Notes: generated from the letters alone by a model not told the origin. A stretch of 64,000 nt of DNA from Nitrospirota bacterium (GCA_963818475.1 CAWFSF010000003.1:96001-160000); one strand, 5' to 3'; positions 1-10,088 are shown, counted from the stretch's first letter. Made by a program: numbers and translations.

Positions 1-899
1 CTCAGCTCAAGTTCGAAGTTCCTCACCCTGCCCGTCTGCTGCAATGCCGCAAGCAGGGCTTCCCGCTGCGCCGGTCTGCTGTAATGGCTTGCCGCCTTGC
101 CCGCAGCCATCAGCTGCTCCGCGGAATCGTACCCGAACATGCGCGCAAGCGCTTCATTCGCGTAGAGGAATCGACCGGACACCGTGGTGCGATAGATCCC
201 GACCAGCGCCGTGTCCACGAGGTCCCGGTATTTTTTCTCGGAATCCCTGAGCGCCTCCTCGGTCCGCTTGCGGCCCGTGATGTTCCGGACGATCTCGATG
301 CCCGCCATGATCCTGCCGTCTGCGTCACGCACTGACGACGCCGTGATCTCGACAAAGAGCGTTCCGTTGTCCGTCACGGCGCTGCGCTCGACCGTATGGA
401 CGCCGCCGTCCCGGTACGAAAGGGCAACGGGGCAGCCGTCACAGATCTGGTCGCCATGCTGGTATGCTGCGTAGCAGAATTCGCCCTGGTGGTCTCCCAC
501 CAGGTCCCGGTGTTTCTGGTTCTGGAACAGGATGCGGAAATCCGCGTCCTGGATGCTGATGCCGTCTCCCATGGCGGCAATGATCGCTTTGGTCCGCGCT
601 TGTTCCTCTTCAGCCTTCTGCATCGCTGCCTGCAGCGATGCACCGGCATGGCGGCGCTCTTCGGCAAAACGCCGGATGAGGGCGTAGACCAGCGCGGCGG
701 TCACCACGACGTAGAGCCAGCCTTTATAGGTTTGCAGCCGGGTCAGCGCCAGGGGATCGGCAATGAAGAAGGCAAGCACCCTGTCTGAGAAGAGGATCCA
801 GAACCCGCCGAGCAGAACATAGATGGCGGCGATCCTGAAAGGGGTGAGGCGCATACGGGGATGTGTTGGGTCTGCTGCTGGAACCGGATGGTCAGCCAT
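1..899 (-). CDS. Membrane-anchored multi-PAS signalling protein (histidine kinase or diguanylate cyclase), 3' end outside window
   Basis: Manual translation from ATG at 899: MADHPV...RIAAIYVLLGGFWILFSD...QTYKGWLYVVVTAAL (two TM helices), then PAS/PAC motifs (DGISIQDADFRILFQNQ, VRNITGRKRTEEALRDSEKKYRDLVD); open to window edge. Confidence 0.85.
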   Translation of the reverse strand, partial: MADHPVPAADPTHPRMRLTPFRIAAIYVLLGGFWILFSDRVLAFFIADPLALTRLQTYKGWLYVVVTAALVYALIRRFAEERRHAGASLQAAMQKAEEEQARTKAIIAAMGDGISIQDADFRILFQNQKHRDLVGDHQGEFCYAAYQHGDQICDGCPVALSYRDGGVHTVERSAVTDNGTLFVEITASSVRDADGRIMAGIEIVRNITGRKRTEEALRDSEKKYRDLVDTALVGIYRTTVSGRFLYANEALARMFGYDSAEQLMAAGKAASHYSRPAQREALLAALQQTGRVRNFELEL

Positions 900-1052
900 A
901 GGGGTCCTTTTTTCTTTTCAGGCCGGAACAAGCAACGGTGCTTTTTACCATAAAGGAGGGCACTGCAAAAAAACTTCGGTTTTACTGCTGTTTTTCTGCC
1001 TGTCCCCGTGGCAGCTCAGATCTTATTACCGGTGATATTATACCTTCCTCAC

Positions 1053-1082
1053 TTGAAAATTCAATACGGAAAACGGTATAGC
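1053..1082 (+). promoter_or_regulatory. Candidate sigma70 promoter TTGAAA-N18-TATAGC, overlapping a divergent TTGAAT-N16-TATAAT on the minus strand
   Basis: Consensus-like hexamers in an ORF-free intergenic region. Confidence 0.45.
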
Positions 1083-1087
1083 GATCG

Positions 1088-1305
1088 TACGACTAAAGGG
1101 AGGGGCCCCGATTCACGGTAACCGGACGCAGGAAAAAAGATCAGCAACAGGCAAGAGACCCGTAAAGGGAAGACGCGACAGAAAGGAATGCGCAGGATAC
1201 CGCACCGGAAAGCGAATTTGCAAGAGGATCGTAATCGTTCTCAGCCACAGTCTTCGGAATCTCGCTGGCAGGTCGCTTCATTGAGCTGAAACTCAGCTCT
1301 TTGTT
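1088..1305 (+). ncRNA. Candidate CsrB/Rsm-like small RNA
   Basis: No ORF; 9 GGA motifs in ~160 nt; upstream promoter; downstream hairpin with T-rich tail. Confidence 0.4.
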
Positions 1306-1310
1306 ATTTT
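1283..1310 (+). terminator. Intrinsic terminator
   Basis: GAGCTGA-aac-TCAGCTC followed by tttgttatttt. Confidence 0.6.
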
Positions 1311-1495
1311 CACGTGGGGCCGCAGTTCAGAGAACAGCTGTTTTTTGTTGTTTTCCGGTCGTCCTCGGGAAGATGGCATTTCTTATACTTCTTGCCGCTC
1401 CCGCACCAGCAAAGGTCGTTCCGCTCCGGTTTGGTCGCGGGGCCGGTCATTTCGCTGTTGCCGAACAGCGCGCTTATTTTTTCAAAAAGTCCCAT
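1310..1495 (-). CDS. SEC-C metal-binding domain protein
   Basis: RNDLCWCGSGKKYKKCH SEC-C motif; RBS aaggag upstream. Confidence 0.9.
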   Translation of the reverse strand: MGLFEKISALFGNSEMTGPATKPERNDLCWCGSGKKYKKCHLPEDDRKTTKNSCSLNCGPT

Positions 1496-1798
1496 ACGAT
1501 ACTACTCCTTTGCAGTTCTCATACAGCAATTGACGGAATTATACCGCACCCGAAACCATGGACACAAGAAAAAGTTACCAACTGATGCGCCCTGCATTCG
1601 GCACAGCGGCATGCATGACCCCGCTGATTTGCAGTATAAGCGGCAGAGTATCTCCGGTCGTGCCCGCGTGCGCTCTGTGCAAACGAAAAGCCGTCAAGGT
1701 CAGCGCCTGACGGCCTTTCAATGGAACATGCAATTAATTCGGACTTTGGCAGCTGAAGCGAGGTTCTCGACTGCCTTCGCAATTGCTTCCGGAAGCGT

Positions 1799-2002
1799 CT
1801 ACCCGCGAACTCTTTTGAGCGTGCCGTTGTTGAGCATCTGATGGAACTGGGCAAGCAGGGCCTGTTCTTCTTTATCCAGATGACCGTCAGCCTGCGCGTG
1901 GTCCATGATCTGCTGATATTCGCTCGGCGTTATCTCAAGGTCGCTGATGGCCTGGTTAATGAGCTCTTTCAGACCTGCTGCGGATTTGCTTGGCTTCTCC
2001 AT
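1799..2002 (-). CDS. Small helical hypothetical protein
   Basis: 67 aa, RBS ggagg, natural composition (ADGHLDKEE). Confidence 0.75.
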   Translation of the reverse strand: MEKPSKSAAGLKELINQAISDLEITPSEYQQIMDHAQADGHLDKEEQALLAQFHQMLNNGTLKRVRG

Positions 2003-2165
2003 CGATGTCCTCCCGGAAATTCAGTAGTGATTTAAGTACCGTAGTTTACCCGTACCCGCGGCCGCTGTCAACCCTATACCACGGGATGGTGCCGCTTCGC
2101 ACTTTGGTATGACCAGAGACTTTCCGCCCTGGAATAATGCGGAGTCTCAGGTGAGGTACTTTCCC

Positions 2166-2495
2166 CTAGCTGATCGAGAACAACGGCGCATGGATCGATT
2201 CGCTCCGACAGACCGGGCACCTGCCGGGCCTGCTGAGCCGCCCCCGCTTTTCGAAAACGAATCCGCATTTCACGCATTCCGCCGGTTGGACAATAAATTT
2301 CCTTCCCGTTCGGTGGAGCGACGTCCGGATGTGCTCAAGGTGGCCGGCGACCTCTTTTTCCGGGATCCCGACCATTCCCGACACATCAATTGCAGACAGC
2401 AACCCCGACTCAAGGGCATATATGATCGATTGACGGATTGTATCGTGCGCCGCGGGAAGATCGCGCTGGTCGAGATTTCGCTTTGCTTTCCCCAT
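2166..2495 (-). CDS. HTH plus Zn-ribbon transcriptional regulator
   Basis: HTH-like N-half (EKEVAGHLEHI); CVKC...CPVC zinc ribbon. Confidence 0.85.
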   Translation of the reverse strand: MGKAKRNLDQRDLPAAHDTIRQSIIYALESGLLSAIDVSGMVGIPEKEVAGHLEHIRTSLHRTGRKFIVQPAECVKCGFVFEKRGRLSRPGRCPVCRSESIHAPLFSIS

Positions 2496-2530
2496 CGAGG
2501 AACCCGTGAGAGCCCATTATCCTAAAAAGG

Positions 2531-2674
2531 GCATTTGGACACGGAAGAATCGGAAACATCTGATTAACGCGGATAAATTCTAAAGCAAAGCATTCACCTG
2601 TTGGGTGAACCTCTTATAAAAGAAATAATCCGCCGTTATCCGGCTCTTATCCGTGTTGATCCGTGTCCAAATGC
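2531..2674. repeat. Intergenic inverted-repeat element (ACACGGA-type)
   Basis: gcatttggacacgga (2531-2545) is the perfect reverse complement of tccgtgtccaaatgc (2660-2674); internal atccg units. Confidence 0.7.
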
Positions 2675-2757
2675 TTTTTTTAAGGATTATGCTGGCCGGT
2701 TATTCATCCGGCCCCGCGCTGATGACGCATCCGGAAACCCGGTTCCTTTTGCGGCCG

Positions 2758-3198
2758 TCACTTCGCGTACGTCGCGAGTGACAGCCGTTCCATCAGGAGT
2801 CCCTTGCACTGATCTCCGCTCCTGGTCGCGCGCGCGGACGGTCTCCCCGAGCGCAGGAACCCGTAGTGGGTAAAATAGCTGGCATAGCGGGACGCGTACA
2901 GGCGCTTCACTGCTGCGTGTTCCTGCAGGTGCTTGATGATCGTTGAGCCGATGCCTTTCCTTCTGCTGTCTTCGAACAATGAAACGCATCCCGCCTCGTT
3001 TTCCTTTTTAAGGATGCCAAAACCGATAATGCGCCGCTCTTCCGACGCGACCACGACTTCGGCAAGCTTGAGGTCGGAATCCGTATGGTGCTTTCTGAGA
3101 TATTCTTCGACATCCACAAGGTCGCTCTCCGTTGCATGCCGGATTGTTACCATTTTCCCTGTGATGCCCGATATCCCCGTTTTCTGAGGATCAGACAT
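2758..3198 (-). CDS. GNAT-family acetyltransferase-like protein
   Basis: IRHATESD start, IIGFG, RRKGIGS acetyl-CoA loop, YFTHYGF. Confidence 0.8.
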   Translation of the reverse strand: MSDPQKTGISGITGKMVTIRHATESDLVDVEEYLRKHHTDSDLKLAEVVVASEERRIIGFGILKKENEAGCVSLFEDSRRKGIGSTIIKHLQEHAAVKRLYASRYASYFTHYGFLRSGRPSARATRSGDQCKGLLMERLSLATYAK

Positions 3199-3343
3199 AG
3201 TATCCGCCCCCCCTCTTTCCTTCTACTTTCGATCCTGCAAAGCCGCCCGCAACCGCCCTTGGGCGTCCTTAACAGGATAGTTCAACTCTTGTTTTTAGGA
3301 TAACACCTCGTTCGCGTGCTGTCAAGGAGGTCGAGGGTCGCGA

Positions 3344-3643
3344 TCAACACCCCGCGGGTTTCCTGAAATAGGTCGCTTCGTTCTTGCCGTCCCTGTTGAT
3401 GTACCTCACCTTGATGTCATCGTCCACCTTGACCCGTTTTTCTTTCAGCTTGTTCAGGGTCGACGTATCTTCCGGTCTGATCGTGATCGTCACCTCCTGC
3501 CCCTCATAGGTGGTAACAACAACGGTCTTCGTTTCAAGATCGATGCTCTTTACCCTGCCGCTGATCTTTTCTTCCGCTCCGGAAGCACCGGCCAGGAACG
3601 TTAAACACAGCGCGGCCAGAATGAACGCGATCTTCCTTTTCAT
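3344..3643 (-). CDS. Small secreted OB-fold-like protein
   Basis: Signal peptide MKRKIAFILAALC; GRVKSIDLETKTVVV beta pattern; directly downstream of the cytochrome gene. Confidence 0.8.
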   Translation of the reverse strand: MKRKIAFILAALCLTFLAGASGAEEKISGRVKSIDLETKTVVVTTYEGQEVTITIRPEDTSTLNKLKEKRVKVDDDIKVRYINRDGKNEATYFRKPAGC

Positions 3644-3656
3644 AGCAATCCCTCCT

Positions 3657-5453
3657 TTAGTGCGTGAACGCCCCATCCTCGTAAGCCTTCTTTACCCGCT
3701 CATACTGCTTTTTATCCTTTATCCCGGGCAGGGAAAAACTCCCCTTGAGACTCCACGCATCCTTGAGCAATGCGAGCCCCTCCGGTATGGCCCCGCCGGC
3801 GTCCTTGAAATCGGCGACGCGGAGGCCTTGCCCATCGGCGATGATCGTGTACTCGCCGTCTTCAACGTCTTTGTACGACCCTCCCGCGAACTTGACCGTG
3901 ATCCGCTGTGCCGTCGATGCGTGGCAGCTTTCGCAGGCCCTCGCCTTCCCTGTTCCGTGTGCAACCCGATCGACATTCAGCCAGGCCATGGCGTTCCGGT
4001 CAATGTCGTCAAGGCTCCGTATGAGCTTGGTCACGGCGAAGGAGTCGTTCGAAGCATAACGCCGCTGAATAGCAACATCGGGCTTGTTCCGGAAAAGGAG
4101 CCTGCGCGATATTTTTACCTCCTCCGCCTTGACATTGCCCGACAGGTGAGGAACAACATGCACCGGTATCCACAGGCCCTTGGGGTTCCTTATCAGAAGC
4201 GGCGTCGTCGCGCCGGTCAGATAATCCTGGATCCTCGTAAGCGGATTTTCCTTGCCCCGCATGCCCACTGCCGACCAGAAGTTAAAGGCATATCCGCCGA
4301 TCAGGGCTGTGTGGCATGCTGCGCAGTCCACTTTTTTATGCGGGCCGCTGTTGTGGGCCCGGACGACAGGAGCATGGCATTTTTCGCACGCCACGTCCCT
4401 TCGCAGATCTCCGTGAAATCCGGTGGCTTTGTTGGGCTCATGGCAGTCCACGCAGGAGATGTTCTTTTGCATATGGACATCCGTCTGTTCCTTCAGGATG
4501 GCCGTTCCTTCGGGGCTTGCCTGGGTGAACTCCTGCCGGAGATACCCGTCTCCCCGCCGTCTCTCCAGCGGCCCGGCGTGGCAGGCGAACGATCTCCCGC
4601 CGCCGTAACAGGCAAGGGGCGCCGGCTTTTTAACAAAGGTATGGGGCCCGTCACCCGGGTTCTCTGCGCTCCTCTTCCGGACCTCGAGGTGGCAGTCCAG
4701 GCAGCCGACGTGGCACTGGTTGCAGTTCCTCTGCGAATTGTAACCGTCTTTTTCAGAGAGGGGCATGGTGGAATGCTCGTTGTAATACTTGATATTCTCA
4801 TCGCTGAAACGCGCATGGTCCGGCTTCGACAGAACGCCCATCCACAGGCCGCAGCTCTGCGGCCCCGTTCTGCCGGTCCATGTCCGGTACTGGCTCTGCG
4901 TATGCGCGCCTGTTCCCCCGCCCATCGGGCTCTTCAGAAAGCTCCGCACGATCTCAGCGTGGCATTTTCCGCAGGTCTTTTCTGTGATCACGGGATCGAA
5001 CGCAAGGGTGCCGGGGTTCTTATCGTGGTAGATGATGGTCTTATAATCAGGATTGTCTTTGAGCACGCCGTCATAGAGTCGCTTCGGAAAGAGCTGTGTG
5101 GCCCGGCTGTCGCCCCTCGGTTCCAGGTCCGGCCAATCCCTGACATCCTCCGGCGCCATGCTGCTTCTGGCTGTTGCCTCCCACGTCTTCTGCCGCACTG
5201 CCCTGAGCATGAGCATCCCCCCATGCGCATCCTCTTTGGAAGCGGCGCCGGCATTGCCCAGATGGCAGTCCGGGCAAGACGCGGGCATATGGGTCTGGGC
5301 CCTGGCCTCTGCCGGGGACAGGGCGAACTGCGGATAGCCTGAGTCCCTCATCTTTTGGGAACTTCCATGACAGTCGTTGCAGTCTTCAGCAATGGCCTTC
5401 CCGGCGTTCAGCAGGACCGCCATCATCAGCATGAACCATATTGAGTTTCTCAT
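3657..5453 (-). CDS. Periplasmic multiheme c-type cytochrome
   Basis: Signal peptide; 9 CXXCH motifs plus one CX8CH. Confidence 0.9.
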   Translation of the reverse strand: MRNSIWFMLMMAVLLNAGKAIAEDCNDCHGSSQKMRDSGYPQFALSPAEARAQTHMPASCPDCHLGNAGAASKEDAHGGMLMLRAVRQKTWEATARSSMAPEDVRDWPDLEPRGDSRATQLFPKRLYDGVLKDNPDYKTIIYHDKNPGTLAFDPVITEKTCGKCHAEIVRSFLKSPMGGGTGAHTQSQYRTWTGRTGPQSCGLWMGVLSKPDHARFSDENIKYYNEHSTMPLSEKDGYNSQRNCNQCHVGCLDCHLEVRKRSAENPGDGPHTFVKKPAPLACYGGGRSFACHAGPLERRRGDGYLRQEFTQASPEGTAILKEQTDVHMQKNISCVDCHEPNKATGFHGDLRRDVACEKCHAPVVRAHNSGPHKKVDCAACHTALIGGYAFNFWSAVGMRGKENPLTRIQDYLTGATTPLLIRNPKGLWIPVHVVPHLSGNVKAEEVKISRRLLFRNKPDVAIQRRYASNDSFAVTKLIRSLDDIDRNAMAWLNVDRVAHGTGKARACESCHASTAQRITVKFAGGSYKDVEDGEYTIIADGQGLRVADFKDAGGAIPEGLALLKDAWSLKGSFSLPGIKDKKQYERVKKAYEDGAFTH

Positions 5454-5541
5454 ATGAGCACCGTGTCCTTTTTATCCTGGAATGGATGACCTGATGCTTA
5501 ATTATACCCAAAACTGACGCAGCTGATCGCGCTGGAGTTAT

Positions 5542-6078
5542 TTAGTGGCCGAAAGAATCGCGAAGGTCCGGACCGGGGGATTCGAGCGTACGCTCCAGAT
5601 CGGGGTCCAGCCTGATATAGGTTCTGACAATCCCGCTCTGCAGGGAGTAGGAAACGAGCAGGACGTCGGTCCTTCCGAACTCCAGCGGGGAATAGAGGGG
5701 CCTCGCCTCATAACCGATCGTTCCGCCGGCTTCATCCATGATCCTGCGGAGCTGCGTCTGGACCACACGCCGGATGCTGCAACGAACAAAAGAATCAGCT
5801 TCCCTGAGGGCCTGCGGTCCGGTCAATCCCTTTTTTACCTGGTAGGAGGTCGGGGTATCGTAAATTTCAACGGGATACCTGCTCCCTTCGTCGACCAGGA
5901 CCGCAAGGTTCTTGATGTCGTCGGAATAATGACAGCCATAAAGCAGAAGGGTATAGGTGCCCTTCAGTTCTGCAGCGTCTGCCGGGCCGGTGGCGAGCTG
6001 TTTGCCGGCAGCACAGGCTTGCAGCGTGAGCGCGAGGAGCGGCACAAGGAACAAGCATCTCGTGGCGTGCCTGATCAT
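5542..6078 (-). CDS. Lipoprotein, hypothetical
   Basis: Lipobox LQAC after hydrophobic stretch; start at MIRHATR with RBS. Confidence 0.75.
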   Translation of the reverse strand: MIRHATRCLFLVPLLALTLQACAAGKQLATGPADAAELKGTYTLLLYGCHYSDDIKNLAVLVDEGSRYPVEIYDTPTSYQVKKGLTGPQALREADSFVRCSIRRVVQTQLRRIMDEAGGTIGYEARPLYSPLEFGRTDVLLVSYSLQSGIVRTYIRLDPDLERTLESPGPDLRDSFGH

Positions 6079-6231
6079 TTCGAATCCTTCTTTTGTCACT
6101 ACAGCTGAGCTCTGATAAAAAAGTCCTGCAGATCTGATCCTCTGCTGTTCCAAACGGCGACCCGAAGAAAAAAAAGAGCATGATTTTCATCATGCTCATA
6201 TTTTCATCCTAACCGGCTATTTCCCTTTCCG

Positions 6232-6501
6232 CTATGCAGCTTTCTTATGGAATGAACGGATCATATCCGGGGTAAACTTCCCAACTTCCACGATCCTTGC
6301 GGTGCTCTGCAGGAAGGTCGGAACGATCTTTACGGCATCTTCGCGGGTATTCGCGTCAACGATCGCATAGCCCGTATGGTCGCCGGCCATGCACCCATAA
6401 TCAAATTTGCCCAGGACGTCCGTTCCTTTTGCCAATTCCTCATCCAATGCTTTGAGACAATCTTCCGCTTTATGCGGTGTCTGGATCAAATAACGTTTCA
6501 T
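6232..6501 (-). CDS. Small hypothetical protein (possible dimeric alpha-beta barrel)
   Basis: 89 aa, RBS gaggagg, H...C...GC..GDH pattern. Confidence 0.75.
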   Translation of the reverse strand: MKRYLIQTPHKAEDCLKALDEELAKGTDVLGKFDYGCMAGDHTGYAIVDANTREDAVKIVPTFLQSTARIVEVGKFTPDMIRSFHKKAA

Positions 6502-6902
6502 AGTGACCCTCCTCTTAAAGTCCGAAGCGCTAAACCTTCGACCGACCTTCAGACTTGGATACAGGACGCATGTGGTCCTTTTACTATTTTAGTATAGCGC
6601 TCTTGAATGACATTGTCAAAAATGCAGGAATCCTTTAGCCGCAGATCCTGGTACGGTGCCTTCACCCTGCAGTTCTTCATTCTTTGCGGGATTGTGTTCG
6701 TGCTCGCTTCGCCTCCGTAAAAGAAATTAACTGCTTACGAGCTCATCATTGAAGTCTCTTTCTATCAGATAGTTGCAGGTCATCCCGATAGAATTAAATT
6801 TTTTCTTTCGGGAACAAAATCCGTCCTTATCCTGTCTCATACAGTAGAAACAGCAAAAGACGATTGTCTTTATTTCCCACCGGGACGACAAAGGAGAAGG
6901 CT

Positions 6903-7712
6903 ATGAGAAACAGATTGATCGGGATCGTCGTGGCAGTACTACTATCAGCAGCACCGGTATTCGGGCATGGCAGCGCCCCTCTGGCAGGAGACGTGTCTGT
7001 CGAGATCATCTCGGACAGCGGGAGCGCGTTCCGGAACTTTCCGGCTTCAGACCACAGGAAGGACGAAACCCGCCTTATCAAAAAGTATCTTGAGGCGAAA
7101 AAGGGAGAGAACTACGGCATCGTGATCAGGAACAATTCTGCGGAACGCCTGGGCGTGGTCATTGCCGTTGACGGCAGAAACATCATTTCAGGCGCACGAT
7201 CGGACCTCAGGAGCAATGAGGCGATGTACCTGGTGAATGCCTACGAGCACGCGCGATACGACGGGTGGAGGACCACGGACAACGAGGTGCACCGGTTCTA
7301 CTTTACCGAGCCAGCGGACTCCTACAGCGTCCGTACCTTTTCCGATTCATCAGCCATGGGCGTGATAGCCGTCGCTGTATACCGGGAGAAGGACCGGCCG
7401 CAGCCGCTGTTCGATATGAGCAGGAAGGAGGCTGCGCCAGCCGCGCCTTCAATGGACCATACCGGGCAGAGCCAGGGAAAAGCACTCGCCGGCGAGAGCG
7501 CGGGCACGGGTTTCGGTGACTCGCGTTATTCTCCGGTGGTGCAAGTCGCATTCGAACCAGAGAGCGTCCCGGTCCAGAAGACCCTGCTCAAATATGAGTG
7601 GCGGGAAACGCTCTGCAAAAAAGGCATCCTGCAATGCGGGAAGGAGAGGAAGAACCGGTTGTGGGATAACGATGGGTATGCGCCCTATCCTCCGGGATAC
7701 CCGCGGAGTTAA
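6903..7712 (+). CDS. Secreted hypothetical protein
   Basis: Signal peptide; conserved-looking VAVDGRNIISG, DGWR, GVIAVAVYRE, AGTGFG. Confidence 0.8.
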   Translation: MRNRLIGIVVAVLLSAAPVFGHGSAPLAGDVSVEIISDSGSAFRNFPASDHRKDETRLIKKYLEAKKGENYGIVIRNNSAERLGVVIAVDGRNIISGARSDLRSNEAMYLVNAYEHARYDGWRTTDNEVHRFYFTEPADSYSVRTFSDSSAMGVIAVAVYREKDRPQPLFDMSRKEAAPAAPSMDHTGQSQGKALAGESAGTGFGDSRYSPVVQVAFEPESVPVQKTLLKYEWRETLCKKGILQCGKERKNRLWDNDGYAPYPPGYPRS

Positions 7713-7981
7713 GCAAGCGCTCAATGTGCCTGAACTGCGACAGGCTTGGAAAAGCAAACCAGGCCTGTCGCGATCTTTCAGGGCAGGTGCTGGAAATGAA
7801 ACCACCCAATGACCAGACCTGCTTTAGCCCATAAAACGGGAACATCAAATTAAAGATCTGTTCCTCGAGCTTTCTGTCAGATACCCCGAAAATACCCCAT
7901 CGAAAACCTTGCAAAGACAGTTTGTCTACAGTAATATCTTCCAGCGGATGCATTTTTTCTCAGGGCGGCGAGAGGGAGTAT

Positions 7982-8755
7982 ATGAGCGAGACAATGCCAC
8001 AGAGCACGCCGAAGGATAGGGGCTCGCAGCAACAGATCGTCATGGTCGTGGATGCCCGGCCCCTCCGGCAATTCTATACCAGCATCTTCCTGCAGCGGCT
8101 CAAGTACCAGGTCATCATGGCCAGGACAGCGGAGGACGCCCTGCTCTTCCTGGGGCTGACCGTTCCGCTGATCATCATCGCCAATTACGACCTTCCTCAG
8201 ATAACCGGGCTTGAGCTCCTGAAGCGGGTAAAGCACGACCGCCGGACGCGAAGCGTCCCGTTCATCGTCTACACGTCCAATCGGTCGCCGGAGGTCCGGC
8301 AGGCCTGCGAAGAAGCCGGGTGCTCCGCGTTCCTGCGCCATCCCTGCAGCCTCGAAGAGCTGTATGCAGCGGTCCAGAGGTCCACCCAGGCGAAGCCCCG
8401 TCGCTTCGTCCGTCTTACCACCGCCCTGAACGTGGTCGTGGGGAATGAGCGGACCGCGGACCGCGCACCCAACGAAATCATTACCGCCATCTCGGAACAG
8501 GGGATGTTCGTGAGTACCGCTGTCCCCCTCGCGCTCGGCAAGATACTTCCCTTCACCTTTTACCTGCCGAACGCGCCGGGCTGGATCATCCGGGTCGAGG
8601 GGCAGGTCCTGTTCTGCAACTTCGGCGCGAACAAAGCCAAGATCCCGGGCATGGCCGTGAAGTTTCTGAAGATCGGCGATCATGAGCAGTTGCTCGTGCG
8701 GGAGTTCATCAAGCAGGAGCTGATGGAAGGGATCGTAACCCCTGAGAGCGCATAG
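7982..8755 (+). CDS. Degenerate response-regulator receiver plus PilZ domain protein
   Basis: Receiver fold pattern; PilZ RRFVR and ISEQG motifs, GMAVKF. Confidence 0.85.
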   Translation: MSETMPQSTPKDRGSQQQIVMVVDARPLRQFYTSIFLQRLKYQVIMARTAEDALLFLGLTVPLIIIANYDLPQITGLELLKRVKHDRRTRSVPFIVYTSNRSPEVRQACEEAGCSAFLRHPCSLEELYAAVQRSTQAKPRRFVRLTTALNVVVGNERTADRAPNEIITAISEQGMFVSTAVPLALGKILPFTFYLPNAPGWIIRVEGQVLFCNFGANKAKIPGMAVKFLKIGDHEQLLVREFIKQELMEGIVTPESA

Positions 8756-8827
8756 CACGGAGTGATAAGTTTCTTCTTGTCATGCTGCCTCGAAGCTGCT
8801 CGGAAGGTGTCATCAACAAAGATTCAT

Positions 8828-9889
8828 TCACTTGCGCGTCTTGAAGTTCCAGGAGTAATCCTTCGGCATCGCGTTGCCTGCCAGGTCCCTCACCCCGGCG
8901 CTCACGCGTGCCGTGTACTGCGTATCTTTCTTAAGAGCGCTGGACGGCGTGAAGATTGCCGTGGCACCGCTGTAACTCATCGTGGTGGCCTTCTCCTCCT
9001 CCTTGCCTGCACTGAGCGTAAATACGATGGTTGTCCGGTCCACCGGCTCGCTGAACGTCACGCTGGGGGCTATGTCCACTGCCACGCGCGTGGCTCCTGC
9101 CGCAGGAGTAGTGGCCGTGACAATGGGTGGGGTGATGTCCTCCTCCGATCCGGCAATGGTCGAAAAGCTCCAGGAGTAATCCTTCGGCATCGCGTTGCCT
9201 GCCAGGTCCCGTACCCCTGCGCTCACGGCCGCCGTGTATTGGGTGCCGTATGCCAGGATATTCAACGGAGTGCAGATAGCGGTCGTGCCGCTGTAGCTCA
9301 TCGAGCAGGGAACGGTGGCGCCGCCTGCGCTGAGCGTAAATACGATGGTTGTCGGGTCCACCGGCTCGCTTAAGGTAATAATAAGGGGAGCATTCAGCTG
9401 AACATTGACACTCCCGTTTTCAGGAGTGGTGTCAGCTACGCTGGGAGGTGTCGTGTCCGATGCCGCCGTCCCCGTGCTGAATGAACTGAGGTAGGGAGCG
9501 GCCATGGGAATCCCGTACGAATCCATTACGCTGCTGTCGACGGTGATTTTATAGAGAGTCGCCGGGTTCAGCATGGACGACGGCGTGAAGACAGCAGTGG
9601 AGACACCGGCGCTGTCCTGGTACGTGATCGCTCCCGGGACACTGTTTAGGCCGGTAGTAAGCGCGATCGTTTGATCATTGATGGTTGAGGCATCCATCGC
9701 TTTGCTGAACTGTATCATGATGCCATTACTCAGGTTGACCGGGACATTCACCGATCCGTTCGCAGGAACGGTGGAGTTCACCTGCGGCGGTGTCTTGTCT
9801 GGAGGGGGAAGTGGTCCCTCGCGGCCGCAGACTGCGGTCAATGATGCCACGACGAGAACAACCGCTAACAGAATTAACGATTTTTTCAT
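8828..9889 (-). CDS. Ig-like (Big_5) repeat surface protein, probable lipoprotein, 3 domains
   Basis: DxTPPxV..TxP.NG...V, FSEPVD, VRDLAGN repeats; signal peptide ending AVC. Confidence 0.9.
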   Translation of the reverse strand: MKKSLILLAVVLVVASLTAVCGREGPLPPPDKTPPQVNSTVPANGSVNVPVNLSNGIMIQFSKAMDASTINDQTIALTTGLNSVPGAITYQDSAGVSTAVFTPSSMLNPATLYKITVDSSVMDSYGIPMAAPYLSSFSTGTAASDTTPPSVADTTPENGSVNVQLNAPLIITLSEPVDPTTIVFTLSAGGATVPCSMSYSGTTAICTPLNILAYGTQYTAAVSAGVRDLAGNAMPKDYSWSFSTIAGSEEDITPPIVTATTPAAGATRVAVDIAPSVTFSEPVDRTTIVFTLSAGKEEEKATTMSYSGATAIFTPSSALKKDTQYTARVSAGVRDLAGNAMPKDYSWNFKTRK

Positions 9890-9973
9890 ACCCTTCACTC
9901 TTTTTACCCATGACGGGGGAGGCATTATCAATTGACCTGCATCGGATCAAGAGAAAAGTTCTCGTCTAAGCAG

Positions 9974-10088
9974 CTACTTACCTAATACCTAGCGCGCAGC
10001 GAACGTAAAGTAAAGTTTCCGAAATGGCATAAAGAGGGAATTCTTTCATTTTCATCCTCTCCATTGCTACATTGGTACTATGACTCAG
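9974..10088 (-). promoter_or_regulatory. Conserved upstream element of Big_5 gene, copy 1
   Basis: High identity to 13843-13955; TTTACG-N16-TATTAG boxes conserved while the spacer diverges. Confidence 0.6.

Noticed and set aside
3510-5342. 610-aa plus-strand ORF
   Set aside because: Antisense shadow of the multiheme cytochrome; no motifs
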